A DNA stretch of 18,053 nucleotides from a virus (IMGVR_UViG_2802429227_000006:1-18053); one strand, 5' to 3'. Numbered from the stretch's first letter, positions 1 through 8,917 are shown. The notes: generated by a model not told the origin, from the letters alone. Program-made: numbers and translations.

Positions 1-459
1 GTAACCGCGATTATCTCCGCTCTGGTTATCTGCATCATCGTCTGCCTGTCATGGACTGTTAATCATTACCGTGATAACGCCATCGCCTACAAAGAGCAGC
101 GCGATAAAAAAGTCAGTGAGCTGAAGCAGGCGACTGCCACCATTACTGACATGCAGCAGCGCCAGCGTACTGCTGATGCACTCGATGCTAAATACACGAA
201 GGAGTTAGCTGATGCGAAAGCTGAAAATGATGCTCTTCGGCGCAAGCTTGATAATGGTGGCAGGGTGCTCGTCAAAGGAAAATGCCCTGTGCCATCCTCA
301 GGCGAAACCTCCATCGCCTCCGGCATGGGCAATGATGCCACCGTCGAACTCTCTCCAGTTGCTGGACGAAACGTTCTCGGTATCCGGGACGGAATTATCC
401 GCGACCAAACAGCACTAAGAACGCTTCAGGAATACATCAGGACGCAATGCCTTCGATGA
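1..459 (+). CDS. Rz: Rz i-spanin (inner-membrane spanin), 5'-partial; reading frame enters from upstream of the window
   Basis: Frame 1 translates from base 1 as [36 protein letters not shown]...[22 protein letters not shown]..., which closely matches my recollection of lambda Rz (N-terminal TM segment plus coiled-coil periplasmic domain). Stop TGA at 457-459. The ORF track reports only the internal Met at 151; the true start is upstream of the window. Confidence 0.9.
   Translation, partial: VTAIISALVICIIVCLSWTVNHYRDNAIAYKEQRDKKVSELKQATATITDMQQRQRTADALDAKYTKELADAKAENDALRRKLDNGGRVLVKGKCPVPSSGETSIASGMGNDATVELSPVAGRNVLGIRDGIIRDQTALRTLQEYIRTQCLR
212..418 (+). CDS. Rz1: Rz1 o-spanin (outer-membrane lipoprotein), fully embedded in the +1 frame of Rz
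   Basis: 68-aa [47 protein letters not shown]... has a signal peptide with lipobox (VAG-C) and a proline-rich mature region, the hallmark of lambda Rz1 (MLKLKMML...PPPPPAW from memory). Position inside Rz in another frame is the classic embedded-spanin architecture. Confidence 0.8.
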   Translation: MRKLKMMLFGASLIMVAGCSSKENALCHPQAKPPSPPAWAMMPPSNSLQLLDETFSVSGTELSATKQH

Positions 460-633
460 TAGCGATAATTTTACTCATCATCCTTCACATCTGGCTCTGT
501 AGGCAGGGTGGTGAACACTTCTGGAGTGAATCCGGATTAAATATCTCATTGCTGATGCTTGATATTGAGCATCTGGCGCGCGGTAAGGGGCTGCGTTGAG
601 ATAAGAGCCAGTCATTACAAATACCAGGATTTA

Positions 634-657
634 GCCTCGCATTTGCGGGGCTTTTTT
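634..657 (+). terminator. Candidate rho-independent terminator downstream of Rz
   Basis: Stem 634-640 (GCCTCGC) pairs with 645-651 (GCGGGGC): 7 bp with one G-U wobble, loop ATTT, followed by T-tract 652-657 (TTTTTT). Folded by eye only. Confidence 0.5.
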
Positions 658-803
658 ACATCTGCAGTAAACCGCGCATCGCAGCGCGTAACAATCCCGA
701 GTCTTTCAGAAAGCTGAGCCTGAGAACTGCCGTATATGGTGGCGACCATCTCGGGGCGGCTTTTCTGTGCGAACAGGCTCATCTTTCTAAAAGGTAAGAC
801 GCT

Positions 804-1325
804 ATGAATATCGTTCCACTAAATTACAAAGGCGAACCTATCCGCTTCAATACTGATGGCTGGATTAATGCCACTGATATTGCAAAACGTTTCGGGAAGC
901 GTCTGGATCACTGGTTGTCCAACGCTGAAACTCTCGAATACGTTAGAGCTCTGGATGAGGTTTATTCAGGTGAGCCATCGAAAATTCTACATACCCGTGA
1001 TTCCGGGTATGTAAAAACAAGCAAGGCACGAAAGGACAGGGGCGGCGGAACATGGCTGCATCCAAAGTTATCAGTTGCCTTTGCAAGATGGTGCGATCCG
1101 AAATTCTCCGTATGGTGCGACCTGCACATTGATAGTCTGCTTCGCGGTGAACTGACTGAGCAGCAGAAATATGAGCAAGCATGTCGCATTCGCGATGACC
1201 GGAAATCAAAAGCCAGCAATGGGGCAAGAGAGATGGCTCGCTGGCGATGGGATAAGCCGGTTATTGAAGCAAATGTCGAGTACTGGCGCGAGCAACTGCA
1301 GTTGACTCTCGATATCGCGTGCTGA
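804..1325 (+). CDS. KilA-N domain protein (putative antirepressor-like / DNA-binding protein)
   Basis: 173-aa ORF; the N-terminal ~100 aa (LNYKGEPIRFNTDGWINATDIAKRFGKRLDHWLSNAETLEYVRAL...GTWLHPKLSVAFARWCDPKFSVWCD) fits the KilA-N domain pattern known from phage P1 KilA and many lambdoid-phage genes. Lies where P22-like phages often carry a variable Rha/antirepressor-type gene between lysis and packaging genes. RBS-like AAGG about 10 nt upstream of the ATG. Confidence 0.75.
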   Translation: MNIVPLNYKGEPIRFNTDGWINATDIAKRFGKRLDHWLSNAETLEYVRALDEVYSGEPSKILHTRDSGYVKTSKARKDRGGGTWLHPKLSVAFARWCDPKFSVWCDLHIDSLLRGELTEQQKYEQACRIRDDRKSKASNGAREMARWRWDKPVIEANVEYWREQLQLTLDIAC

Positions 1326-1682
1326 TGGCAAACGCAAAACTGCGTTATCGGAAAAATCAAAGCATTACGAGAACTGAGCAACGGCTATCCATTACAAAGC
1401 CCATCTACGGGTGGGCTTGATAATGAAACCGGAATTTATTCTTGGCAACCAGTTACGGCAGTACCACGAAGCAACCCAAACCAGTAAGTGGGGAAATAAC
1501 ACTGGCAGCCACTGAAAGATGAACCTCCAGCCTTAAGGCAAAAAAGATTCTTTGTGGTGGCGGACTGATGGAAAGACATCGGTTATTGCAGAGGCCATTC
1601 AATGAGTGGTCTCGACAATGGCTTATACCCTACACGGGATAACTTAACTGATATCCCTTTTAACGGATAAACGGAGCCAACA

Positions 1683-1925
1683 ATGGCAGAGATTATTCCC
1701 ATGACTGAAGAACAGAAATTCCAGTTAGAGATTTACAAACTTGTCATGAACCAGAACGCAGCCGCAGAAGAAGCATTTCAGTTCATTGGCACTGACGAGC
1801 TGAAGCTTGAGCTATTTAAAATTCACTTCCAGTCAGGCGGCGCTAATTCAGATATCACGACCCGCACTATCGAAGCGGTGCGTAAATCGAAGGAAGCGTT
1901 AGACCTGTTCACTACCGGAGCATAA
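1683..1925 (+). CDS. Hypothetical 80-aa protein immediately upstream of terminase small subunit
   Basis: RBS ACGGAG 5-6 nt upstream of ATG; stop TAA at 1923-1925 is 2 nt before the next start (coupled). Size and position match the small conserved ORF that precedes the small terminase gene in P22-type phages (orf80 in P22, from memory). No function inferable from sequence. Confidence 0.6.
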   Translation: MAEIIPMTEEQKFQLEIYKLVMNQNAAAEEAFQFIGTDELKLELFKIHFQSGGANSDITTRTIEAVRKSKEALDLFTTGA

Positions 1926-1927
1926 AC

Positions 1928-2368
1928 ATGGCGCGCCCAACGAAGTATCAAGAGGCGTATGCCGAACAGGCACGCAAACTGTGCTTGCTGGGCTATACAG
2001 ACGCCGAACTCGCGGACTTCTTTGAAGTTAGCGAGGCAACAATCAACAATTGGAAATTGGAATATCCGGAGTTTTTAGAGTCCATAAAAAAGGGTAAGGC
2101 CGTCGCTGATGCAGAAGTTAGTGATCGTCTTTATCAACGCGCTATGGGCTTCGTGGCTCCAGACATCGATATTCGTGTTATTGAAAACAGAATTGTCGAA
2201 ACTCCGCTTGAGAAGTATTACCCGCCTGATACAACCGCCGCCATCTTCTGGCTTAAGAACCGACAGAAGGATAAATGGCGCGACAAGGTTGATCACGAGC
2301 TAACAGGCAAAGACGGCGGCGCAATCCAGATTGAAACATCACCGATGAGCACTCTATTCGGAAAATGA
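1928..2368 (+). CDS. Terminase small subunit
   Basis: 146 aa; N-terminal HTH-like region (ARKLCLLGYTDAELADFFEVSEATINNWKLEYPEF) typical of small terminases; C-terminus ...GKDGGAIQIETSPMSTLFGK matches my recollection of the Sf6 small terminase C-terminus. Stop overlaps the large terminase start (ATGA at 2365-2368). Confidence 0.85.
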   Translation: MARPTKYQEAYAEQARKLCLLGYTDAELADFFEVSEATINNWKLEYPEFLESIKKGKAVADAEVSDRLYQRAMGFVAPDIDIRVIENRIVETPLEKYYPPDTTAAIFWLKNRQKDKWRDKVDHELTGKDGGAIQIETSPMSTLFGK

Positions 2369-3780
2369 CCTCGATTAATCCTATCTTTGAACCGTTCATT
2401 AAGGCGCATCGCTACAAAGTCGCCAAAGGCGGTCGAGGTAGCGGTAAGTCATGGGCAATTGCGAGGCTGCTTGTTGAAGCGGCGCGTCGGCAGCCTGTGC
2501 GCATCCTCTGTGCTCGTGAACTGCAAAACAGTATCAGCGATTCGGTAATCCGGTTGCTTGAAGACACCATAGAGCGGGAAGGGTATTCGGCTGAGTTTGA
2601 AATTCAGCGTTCAATGATTCGTCATCTCGGAACGAATGCTGAATTCATGTTCTACGGCATCAAAAACAACCCGACGAAGATTAAATCGCTCGAAGGTATT
2701 GATATCTGCTGGGTGGAAGAAGCGGAAGCGGTAACGAAGGAATCGTGGGATATCCTGATACCAACCATCCGCAAGCCATTTTCCGAAATATGGGTGAGCT
2801 TCAACCCGAAAAACATCCTCGACGATACCTATCAGCGATTCGTCGTAAATCCTCCCGATGACATTTGCCTGCTGACGGTGAACTACACCGACAACCCGCA
2901 CTTTCCTGAAGTCCTCCGTCTGGAGATGGAAGAGTGTAAACGCAGAAATCCGACACTGTATCGTCACATCTGGCTTGGTGAGCCAGTAAGCGCAAGTGAT
3001 ATGGCAATCATCAAACGTGAATGGCTTGAAGCTGCAACTGATGCGCACAAGCAACTCGGATGGAAAGCGAAGGGTGCGGTTGTTTCTGCGCATGACCCAT
3101 CAGACACAGGGCCAGATGCTAAAGGTTATGCATCGCGTCACGGTTCGGTAGTTAAGCGCATTGCCGAAGGTCTACTGATGGACATCAACGAGGGTGCTGA
3201 CTGGGCTACTTCGCTGGCAATTGAAGACGGCGCTGACCATTACCTGTGGGATGGTGATGGTGTTGGTGCCGGGCTACGCAGACAGACAACGGAAGCGTTC
3301 TCCGGCAAGAAAATCACCGCCACGATGTTCAAGGGCAGTGAATCGCCATTCGATGAAGATGCGCCGTATCAGGCCGGAGCATGGGCTGATGAAGTCGTAC
3401 AGGGTGACAACGTTCGCACTATTGGCGATGTGTTCCGCAATAAGCGAGCACAATTCTATTACGCGCTGGCTGACAGGCTTTATCTGACATATCGGGCGGT
3501 TGTCCACGGTGAGTATGCAGACCCCGACGACATGCTGAGTTTCGACAAAGAAGCGATAGGCGAGAAGATGCTGGAGAAGCTGTTTGCAGAACTGACGCAG
3601 ATTCAGCGCAAATTCAATAATAACGGGAAGCTGGAGCTAATGACTAAGGTCGAAATGAAGCAGAAGCTCGGTATTCCATCTCCTAACCTGGCTGATGCGT
3701 TGATGATGTGTATGCATTGCCCAGAGTCGGCTGCGCAACCCGACTATTCCAGTTACTCAATTCCTTGTGGTGTAGGTTGA
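2365..3780 (+). CDS. Terminase large subunit (ATPase + nuclease)
   Basis: 471 aa; Walker A P-loop AKGGRGSGKS at aa 20-29 (nt ~2422-2451), downstream acidic Walker B-like DICWVEEAE; size and position as in Sf6-type large terminase. Confidence 0.95.
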   Translation: MTSINPIFEPFIKAHRYKVAKGGRGSGKSWAIARLLVEAARRQPVRILCARELQNSISDSVIRLLEDTIEREGYSAEFEIQRSMIRHLGTNAEFMFYGIKNNPTKIKSLEGIDICWVEEAEAVTKESWDILIPTIRKPFSEIWVSFNPKNILDDTYQRFVVNPPDDICLLTVNYTDNPHFPEVLRLEMEECKRRNPTLYRHIWLGEPVSASDMAIIKREWLEAATDAHKQLGWKAKGAVVSAHDPSDTGPDAKGYASRHGSVVKRIAEGLLMDINEGADWATSLAIEDGADHYLWDGDGVGAGLRRQTTEAFSGKKITATMFKGSESPFDEDAPYQAGAWADEVVQGDNVRTIGDVFRNKRAQFYYALADRLYLTYRAVVHGEYADPDDMLSFDKEAIGEKMLEKLFAELTQIQRKFNNNGKLELMTKVEMKQKLGIPSPNLADALMMCMHCPESAAQPDYSSYSIPCGVG

Positions 3781-3781
3781 T

Positions 3782-5980
3782 ATGGCAGAAAAAAAGATGA
3801 CTGACTGGCATCGCAAGGTGCTGTGCAACTTTGATAATGCCTGGTCAGCAACGCAGGATATGCGTGAGCAGATTATTGAGGCTCAACGTTTCGTCCGGGT
3901 GTCCGGCGCACAGTGGGAAGGCAGCACAAACGCTGGTTACTCATTTGATGAAGGCAGGTTTGAGCATTACCCGCGCTTTGAACTGAATAAGATTGCCCGT
4001 GAATGTGATCGCATCATTGGCGAGTATCGACAGAATCGCATCAGCGTTAAATTCAGGCCGAAGGACGATAAGGCATCGGAAGCGTTAGCCGAAAAGATGA
4101 ACGGCAAATTCCGCGCTGACTATCAGGAAACATCAGGTGGTGAAGCGTGTGATAACGCATTTGATGATGCTGTAACGGGCGGGTTCGGTTGTTTCCGCAT
4201 GTGTGCCGATTACGAAGATGAAATGGATCCGAGCAACGAGCAGCGACGCATCAGCCTTCTTCCTGTTTACGACCCAGCGACATGCGTCTTCTTCGATCAG
4301 GACAGCAAGCAATATGACCGTTCTGATGCTATGTGGGCTATGGAAATGTTCTCCATGACGCCTAAAGCGTTCGAGGCTGAATACCCTGATTCCATCGCGG
4401 CAAGCCTTTCTCGTGATGACACTGGCACTCAATATGACTGGTCAACGCCAGATGCCATCTATGTTGGACGCTACTACGAAGTTCGCATAGAGAAGGTGAA
4501 GCTCACGGCGTGGCGCAATCCTGTCAGCGGAGAAACGGCAATCTATGATGAAGAGCAAATCAAAGATATTGTCGACGAGCTAACCGATGGCGCATTCGAA
4601 CTGATTGGTGAGCGAACTGTGAAGAAACGCCGCGTTTATTGCGGCCTTCTGTCTGGCGCTGAATGGCTGGAAGAACCGAAGCGTATTCCGGGTGAACATA
4701 TTCCTCTCATCCCGGTATATGGGCGTCGCTCATTTGTTGATAATCAGGAGCGAATCGAAGGCCACGCTGCAAAAGCGATGGATGCACAGCGTCTTGAGAA
4801 CCTGATGGTTTCCATGATTGCAGATAACGCTACTCAGGCTGGCGGTGATGGCATTCCTATCGTGGATGTTGATTTCATTCCCGGCCCATTAATGAATCAC
4901 TGGGCAGAGAGGAATAAGAAAAGACCTGCAGTTCTTCCTATGACCAGCAAGAAGGACAAAAACGGAACAGTCATTTCAGAAGCTCAGGTTGCTGGCTGGA
5001 CACCTCCGACACAAATGCCGCCAGCTCTTGCCGGGCTATTGCAGTACACCGGAACGGCTATTCAGCAAATTACAGGTGCGTCGCAGTTTGAGAACATGCC
5101 GAGCAACGTCGCCACCGATACCGTTGATAGCATTTTTAACAGGATGGACACGCAGTCCTATATCTACATGGACAACATGGCTAAATCCATGCGCCGCGCT
5201 GGCGTTGTGTGGCTTTCTATGGCGCGTGAGGTCTATGGCAGTGATACGCCGATGCGTATCGTTAATGAGGACGGCAGCGATGACGTGGCGCTGATGACTG
5301 GTGAAGTGGTTGACCGTCAGACAGGGCAGGTTATCGCGCTTAACGACCTTTCGCAGGGCAACTATGAAGTGACTGTCGATGTCGGTCAGTCGTTCGCTAC
5401 TCGCCGTGATGCAACTGTTAAGTCGTTACTTTCCATGCTGGCACTTATCCCACCGGGAACGCCGAAGCACGACCTTGTATCGTCGATGATTCTCGACAAT
5501 ATGGACGGCGAAGGGATGGACGACCTTAAAGAATACAACCGCAATCAGTTGCTTCTGTCTGGAGTTATCAAGCCGAGAACGCCAGAAGAGCAGCAGATGG
5601 TTGAGCAGGCGAAACAACAACAGGCCAGTCAGCCAGATCCGGCTATGGTTGCAGCGCAAGGTCAGCTTCTTGCTGGTCAGGCTGAATTGCAGAAAGCGCA
5701 GAACGAACAGGCAGCCATTCAGGTTAAAGCATTCCAGGCACAGACTGATGCTCAGGTTGCAGCGGCAAATGTTGTGAAAATCCTCGCATCTGCCGATAGC
5801 CAGCAGAGATCTGATATCCGCGAGGCTCTGAAACTGCTCGGACAGTTCCAGCAACAGCAAGGAGACAATGCCCGTGCTGATGCAGAGCTTGTCCTGAAAA
5901 GTCAGGCACAGGGCCATGCGCTGCGCATGGACATCAGCAGCATCCTGCAAAAATCAACTCAGCAACAACCACAGCAGTAA
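3782..5980 (+). CDS. Portal protein (P22 gp1-like)
   Basis: 732 aa, starts 1 nt after the terminase stop. The long C-terminal Gln/Ala-rich helical region (...PEEQQMVEQAKQQQASQPDPAMVAAQGQLLAGQAELQKAQNEQ...ARADAELVLKSQAQGHALRMDISSILQ...) matches the P22 portal C-terminal barrel as I recall it. Confidence 0.95.
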   Translation: MAEKKMTDWHRKVLCNFDNAWSATQDMREQIIEAQRFVRVSGAQWEGSTNAGYSFDEGRFEHYPRFELNKIARECDRIIGEYRQNRISVKFRPKDDKASEALAEKMNGKFRADYQETSGGEACDNAFDDAVTGGFGCFRMCADYEDEMDPSNEQRRISLLPVYDPATCVFFDQDSKQYDRSDAMWAMEMFSMTPKAFEAEYPDSIAASLSRDDTGTQYDWSTPDAIYVGRYYEVRIEKVKLTAWRNPVSGETAIYDEEQIKDIVDELTDGAFELIGERTVKKRRVYCGLLSGAEWLEEPKRIPGEHIPLIPVYGRRSFVDNQERIEGHAAKAMDAQRLENLMVSMIADNATQAGGDGIPIVDVDFIPGPLMNHWAERNKKRPAVLPMTSKKDKNGTVISEAQVAGWTPPTQMPPALAGLLQYTGTAIQQITGASQFENMPSNVATDTVDSIFNRMDTQSYIYMDNMAKSMRRAGVVWLSMAREVYGSDTPMRIVNEDGSDDVALMTGEVVDRQTGQVIALNDLSQGNYEVTVDVGQSFATRRDATVKSLLSMLALIPPGTPKHDLVSSMILDNMDGEGMDDLKEYNRNQLLLSGVIKPRTPEEQQMVEQAKQQQASQPDPAMVAAQGQLLAGQAELQKAQNEQAAIQVKAFQAQTDAQVAAANVVKILASADSQQRSDIREALKLLGQFQQQQGDNARADAELVLKSQAQGHALRMDISSILQKSTQQQPQQ

Positions 5981-6070
5981 TTAACCCATAACGTGCAATG
6001 GCTGTCTTTATGAGGCCTGGCACCCTATTGCCTTCCGATGGGCTGAACATCGAGTAAACAGGGGTAACAA

Positions 6071-6964
6071 ATGGACCAGATGGCAGAAAACACACCAGAA
6101 GTTGAAATCGAAACCGACGCGTCAGAGCAGATTCCTGATGATGTCGAACTGGCTGAAGAAGTCGAAACAGAAGATGGCAGTGAGTCCTCCGGCAATGATG
6201 AAGAGGAAGCTACTGAAACTGATGACGACGAATCAGAACAGGAATTCTACTTTGGTGAAGAAAAGCTGGATTCGCCAACCAGCGAAGATGGCGCAGAGCA
6301 TGGACTGGTAAAACACCTGCGCAAGACGATTAAAGAGAAAGACCGCGAGCTGAAAGAGCTGATGCGTCAGTCTCAGAAATCCGTCGAGCAGCAGCCGGTA
6401 ATCACTCAACCACCGCGAATGCCAAAACTGGACGATGAGGACATCGGTTTCGATGAAGAAATCTACCAGCAACGCATGGCTAAGTGGGCAGAGGATAACG
6501 GCAAGTACCAGCAACAGGAGATGGCTCGCAAGCAGAAGGAGCAGGAGCTTCAGGCTGCCTATCAAGAGCGATTATCCAAATATCAGCAACGTGTTAAGGA
6601 TCTCAAAGTTCCTGGCTATCAGGAAGCTGAGCAGGCCGTACTCGAGGAAATCCCCATCGAGACACAAAACGCGATCCTGTTTGAGTCAGAGAAGCCGGAA
6701 ATCGTTGTTCTGGCGCTTGGTCGCAACGCTGAACTGCGCAAGCAACTGGCAGAAGCTACCAACCCCGTAGCAATTGGTCGTCTGCTGGAACGTATCGAAT
6801 CTAAGGCCAGAATCATGCCAAAAGCAAAAACCACGGCAGCCACAACCCCGACAGTTAAGGGGAGCAACGGCGCAGTAATCAACAACCTCGACAAATTGAA
6901 AGCCAAGGCGCTGGAAACTGGTGACTGGACGCCGTATTTCGCCGCTAAAAAGGCAAAAAAATAA
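6071..6964 (+). CDS. Scaffolding protein (P22 gp8-like)
   Basis: 297 aa; highly acidic N-terminus, central charged coiled-coil-like region, basic C-terminal helix-turn-helix-like tail (...KALETGDWTPYFAAKKAKK); position between portal and coat. Start could alternatively be the Met at 6080. Confidence 0.85.
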   Translation: MDQMAENTPEVEIETDASEQIPDDVELAEEVETEDGSESSGNDEEEATETDDDESEQEFYFGEEKLDSPTSEDGAEHGLVKHLRKTIKEKDRELKELMRQSQKSVEQQPVITQPPRMPKLDDEDIGFDEEIYQQRMAKWAEDNGKYQQQEMARKQKEQELQAAYQERLSKYQQRVKDLKVPGYQEAEQAVLEEIPIETQNAILFESEKPEIVVLALGRNAELRKQLAEATNPVAIGRLLERIESKARIMPKAKTTAATTPTVKGSNGAVINNLDKLKAKALETGDWTPYFAAKKAKK

Positions 6965-6982
6965 CCTATCGGAGCATTAAGC

Positions 6983-8236
6983 ATGGCTAACCAATTAGCA
7001 AAAGACCTTGAAATCATGTTCGAAAACTACGTTGAAGGCTTTGATGCCGCCTGCGTAGTTTCCCGTAACGCTAAAAAATTCCGTCCCGGTGATACAGCAA
7101 TGCAGCGAGCCGGTGATGTTCTGTATCGTCCGCAGCATTACCACATGAACATTGAGGAAGGCCTCGATCTCAGCAGCAAAACGCCAACAGCACTGGTTCA
7201 GCGCCTTGTTCCTTCTGTGTTCAAGGAGCCGAAAAACATTCTGTACACTCTGGATGCGCGTGAAATGCGTGACCCTGAGCATAAAACTGAAGCTGGTCGC
7301 GCCGCAGGTATGCGCCTTGCTGCACAGATTGACTCTGACCTGATTTCCATGGTCACGCAGCGTGCTACTAACGTGATCACGATGGCTGACTCAACCACAG
7401 GTACACAGGGCCGTGATTTGTGGAACTGTGCGGCAGGTATTGATGCCACCATGACGGCGATTGGTGTACCACAGGGTATCAACCGCCGCTCTTTCTGGAA
7501 CCCCTTCAACTACAAAGACCTTGCTGGCGAGCTTGGTCACCGTGCCTATGCTCAGGGCGCAACCCTGACAGCATACGAAAAAGCGCAGATCCCTCCGGTT
7601 GCGTCCTTCGATAGCTACAAGACCGATATTTCTGGTCGTGTTCCGAAGGGTACAGCAACTTCCATTACGCTGGCAGCAGCACCTGCGCACAAAGTTGAAG
7701 CGAAAGATGCTAACGATATGCCAGTTGATAACCGACAGGGGACCATTACGGTATCTGCTGAAGGTTTGCAGGTTGGCGATGCGTTTACCATTGCAGGGGT
7801 GAATTCTGTACACCAGATCACCAAAGATACCACCGGGCAGCCGCAGGTATTCCGCGTTCTGGCAGTAAGCGGAACGACAGTAACTATCTCCCCGAAAATT
7901 CTGCCGCCTGACAACGCGGATGTCGCCAGCCGACCATATGCAAACGTTGATGCTAACGCGGCAAATAGCGCAGCAATCACCATTCTCAACAAGAATGCCG
8001 CACCGGCTAACCTGTTCTGGGCTGATGGTTCTGTTGAGCTGATGTACGGCAAACTGGCGTTCCCGACTGGTCAGGGTCCACAGGTAATGACAGCAACCAC
8101 AGAGCAGGGCGCTACGCTGATCATGTCTTACGCCTTCGACCATATCAAAGGCGTAACCACTGCGCGTTTCACCACTCTGTACGGTTGCTCTGTACTGGTT
8201 CCTGAATATACGGGCATCGTTATTGCCGGGCAGTAA
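6983..8236 (+). CDS. Major capsid (coat) protein (P22 gp5-like)
   Basis: 417 aa, RBS GGAG upstream; the segment ...AAITILNKNAAPANLFWADGSVELMYGKL... parallels a P22 coat segment as I recall it; followed by a strong terminator hairpin, as expected for the most abundant structural gene. Confidence 0.9.
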   Translation: MANQLAKDLEIMFENYVEGFDAACVVSRNAKKFRPGDTAMQRAGDVLYRPQHYHMNIEEGLDLSSKTPTALVQRLVPSVFKEPKNILYTLDAREMRDPEHKTEAGRAAGMRLAAQIDSDLISMVTQRATNVITMADSTTGTQGRDLWNCAAGIDATMTAIGVPQGINRRSFWNPFNYKDLAGELGHRAYAQGATLTAYEKAQIPPVASFDSYKTDISGRVPKGTATSITLAAAPAHKVEAKDANDMPVDNRQGTITVSAEGLQVGDAFTIAGVNSVHQITKDTTGQPQVFRVLAVSGTTVTISPKILPPDNADVASRPYANVDANAANSAAITILNKNAAPANLFWADGSVELMYGKLAFPTGQGPQVMTATTEQGATLIMSYAFDHIKGVTTARFTTLYGCSVLVPEYTGIVIAGQ

Positions 8237-8242
8237 TTTAGG

Positions 8243-8266
8243 TGGGGCTTCGGCCCCATTTTTATT
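8243..8266 (+). terminator. Rho-independent terminator after coat gene (UUCG tetraloop hairpin)
   Basis: GGGGC (8244-8248) / loop TTCG / GCCCC (8253-8257), extendable by T8243:A8258, followed by TTTTTATT. Probably a partial terminator that tunes coat versus downstream gene dosage. Confidence 0.6.
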
Positions 8267-8277
8267 GGGAGAAGACA

Positions 8278-8466
8278 ATGGCACGAACAATGCTCTATAA
8301 GCCGGGCAACATGATCACCTGTGGTCAGTTTGCTGTCGATTACATCATTGTTGATAACGAAGAAGTTAAATCTCACCTGAAAAAAGGCTGGGTAAAAACT
8401 CCTGAAGAAACCGCAACGAAGCAAAAAGTGGCTAAGGCGGAAGAAGATGGCGAAAACGAAGGGTGA
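8278..8466 (+). CDS. Hypothetical small protein (62 aa) between coat and gp4-like gene
   Basis: ATG at 8278 is in frame with the tracked ORF 8242..8466 and lies just past the terminator hairpin; RBS GGGAG 6 nt upstream. Lys/Glu-rich C-terminus. Its 3' end overlaps the next gene start by 20 nt. Sf6-type phages are reported to have a small gene here that P22 lacks (from memory). Confidence 0.5.
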   Translation: MARTMLYKPGNMITCGQFAVDYIIVDNEEVKSHLKKGWVKTPEETATKQKVAKAEEDGENEG

Positions 8467-8908
8467 TCTCGTTCTTAAGGCTTTACGAAAAGCCGGGCTG
8501 TATTCCAATGCCACGTTGACAGATGCCGACCCTCAGGCAATTGAAGATGCCATTAATGACCTCGAAGACATGATGGCAGCATGGCAGGCGAAAGGTATCG
8601 AGCTTGGATATCAGTTTGCGGATACAGAAAACGGCATCATGCCGTTACCTGACGATGATTCAGGTATCCCTGCATGGGCAAATGATGGCGTCGCTTTGAA
8701 ACTCGCTGTGCAAGTGTGCATGGATAACGTCATTCAGCCGTCAGACGCTCTCCTTACCGCTGCTGACAGTGCATATCAGACAATCTGTATCGCTTTAACC
8801 AAAATACCACCACTTGAGCGGCGAAATGACATGCCTCGCGGTAGTGGTAACAAAAGCGCGTTTACGTGGAATCGGTTTTACATCGAGAAAGATGATCCGA
8901 GTACGTGA
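8447..8908 (+). CDS. Head completion / tail adaptor protein (P22 gp4-like)
   Basis: 153 aa; N-terminus MAKTKGDLVLKALRKAGLYSNATLTDADPQAIEDAINDLEDMMAAW resembles the P22 gp4 N-terminus as I recall it (...KTKGDLVRAALRKLGV...ATLTDVEPQ...); conserved ...MPRGSGN... near the C-terminus. Confidence 0.85.
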   Translation: MAKTKGDLVLKALRKAGLYSNATLTDADPQAIEDAINDLEDMMAAWQAKGIELGYQFADTENGIMPLPDDDSGIPAWANDGVALKLAVQVCMDNVIQPSDALLTAADSAYQTICIALTKIPPLERRNDMPRGSGNKSAFTWNRFYIEKDDPST

Positions 8909-8917
8909 GGTGAATAA

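Noticed and set aside
1325-1426. 33-codon ORF whose ATG overlaps the KilA-N stop (TGATG)
   Set aside because: Too short and featureless to call from sequence alone. Recorded inside the ORF-poor-gap finding rather than as a feature.
2611-3093. 160-aa minus-strand ORF inside the large terminase gene
   Set aside because: Antisense to a gene with a clear Walker A motif on the + strand; no independent support.
5426-5950. 174-aa minus-strand ORF inside the portal gene
   Set aside because: Entirely antisense to a confidently assigned portal CDS, with no RBS context or recognisable motif. Typical spurious antisense frame in a Gln/Ala-rich region.
6102-6770. Alternative-frame + ORFs (69 aa and 111 aa) inside the scaffold gene
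   Set aside because: Out-of-frame overlaps within the charged, repetitive scaffold coding region; the scaffold frame has the expected acidic N-terminus and basic C-terminal tail.
7391-8290. 299-aa minus-strand ORF opposite the coat gene
   Set aside because: Antisense to the coat CDS and Cys/Arg-rich with odd composition. It also runs through the coat terminator hairpin. Not credible as a gene.
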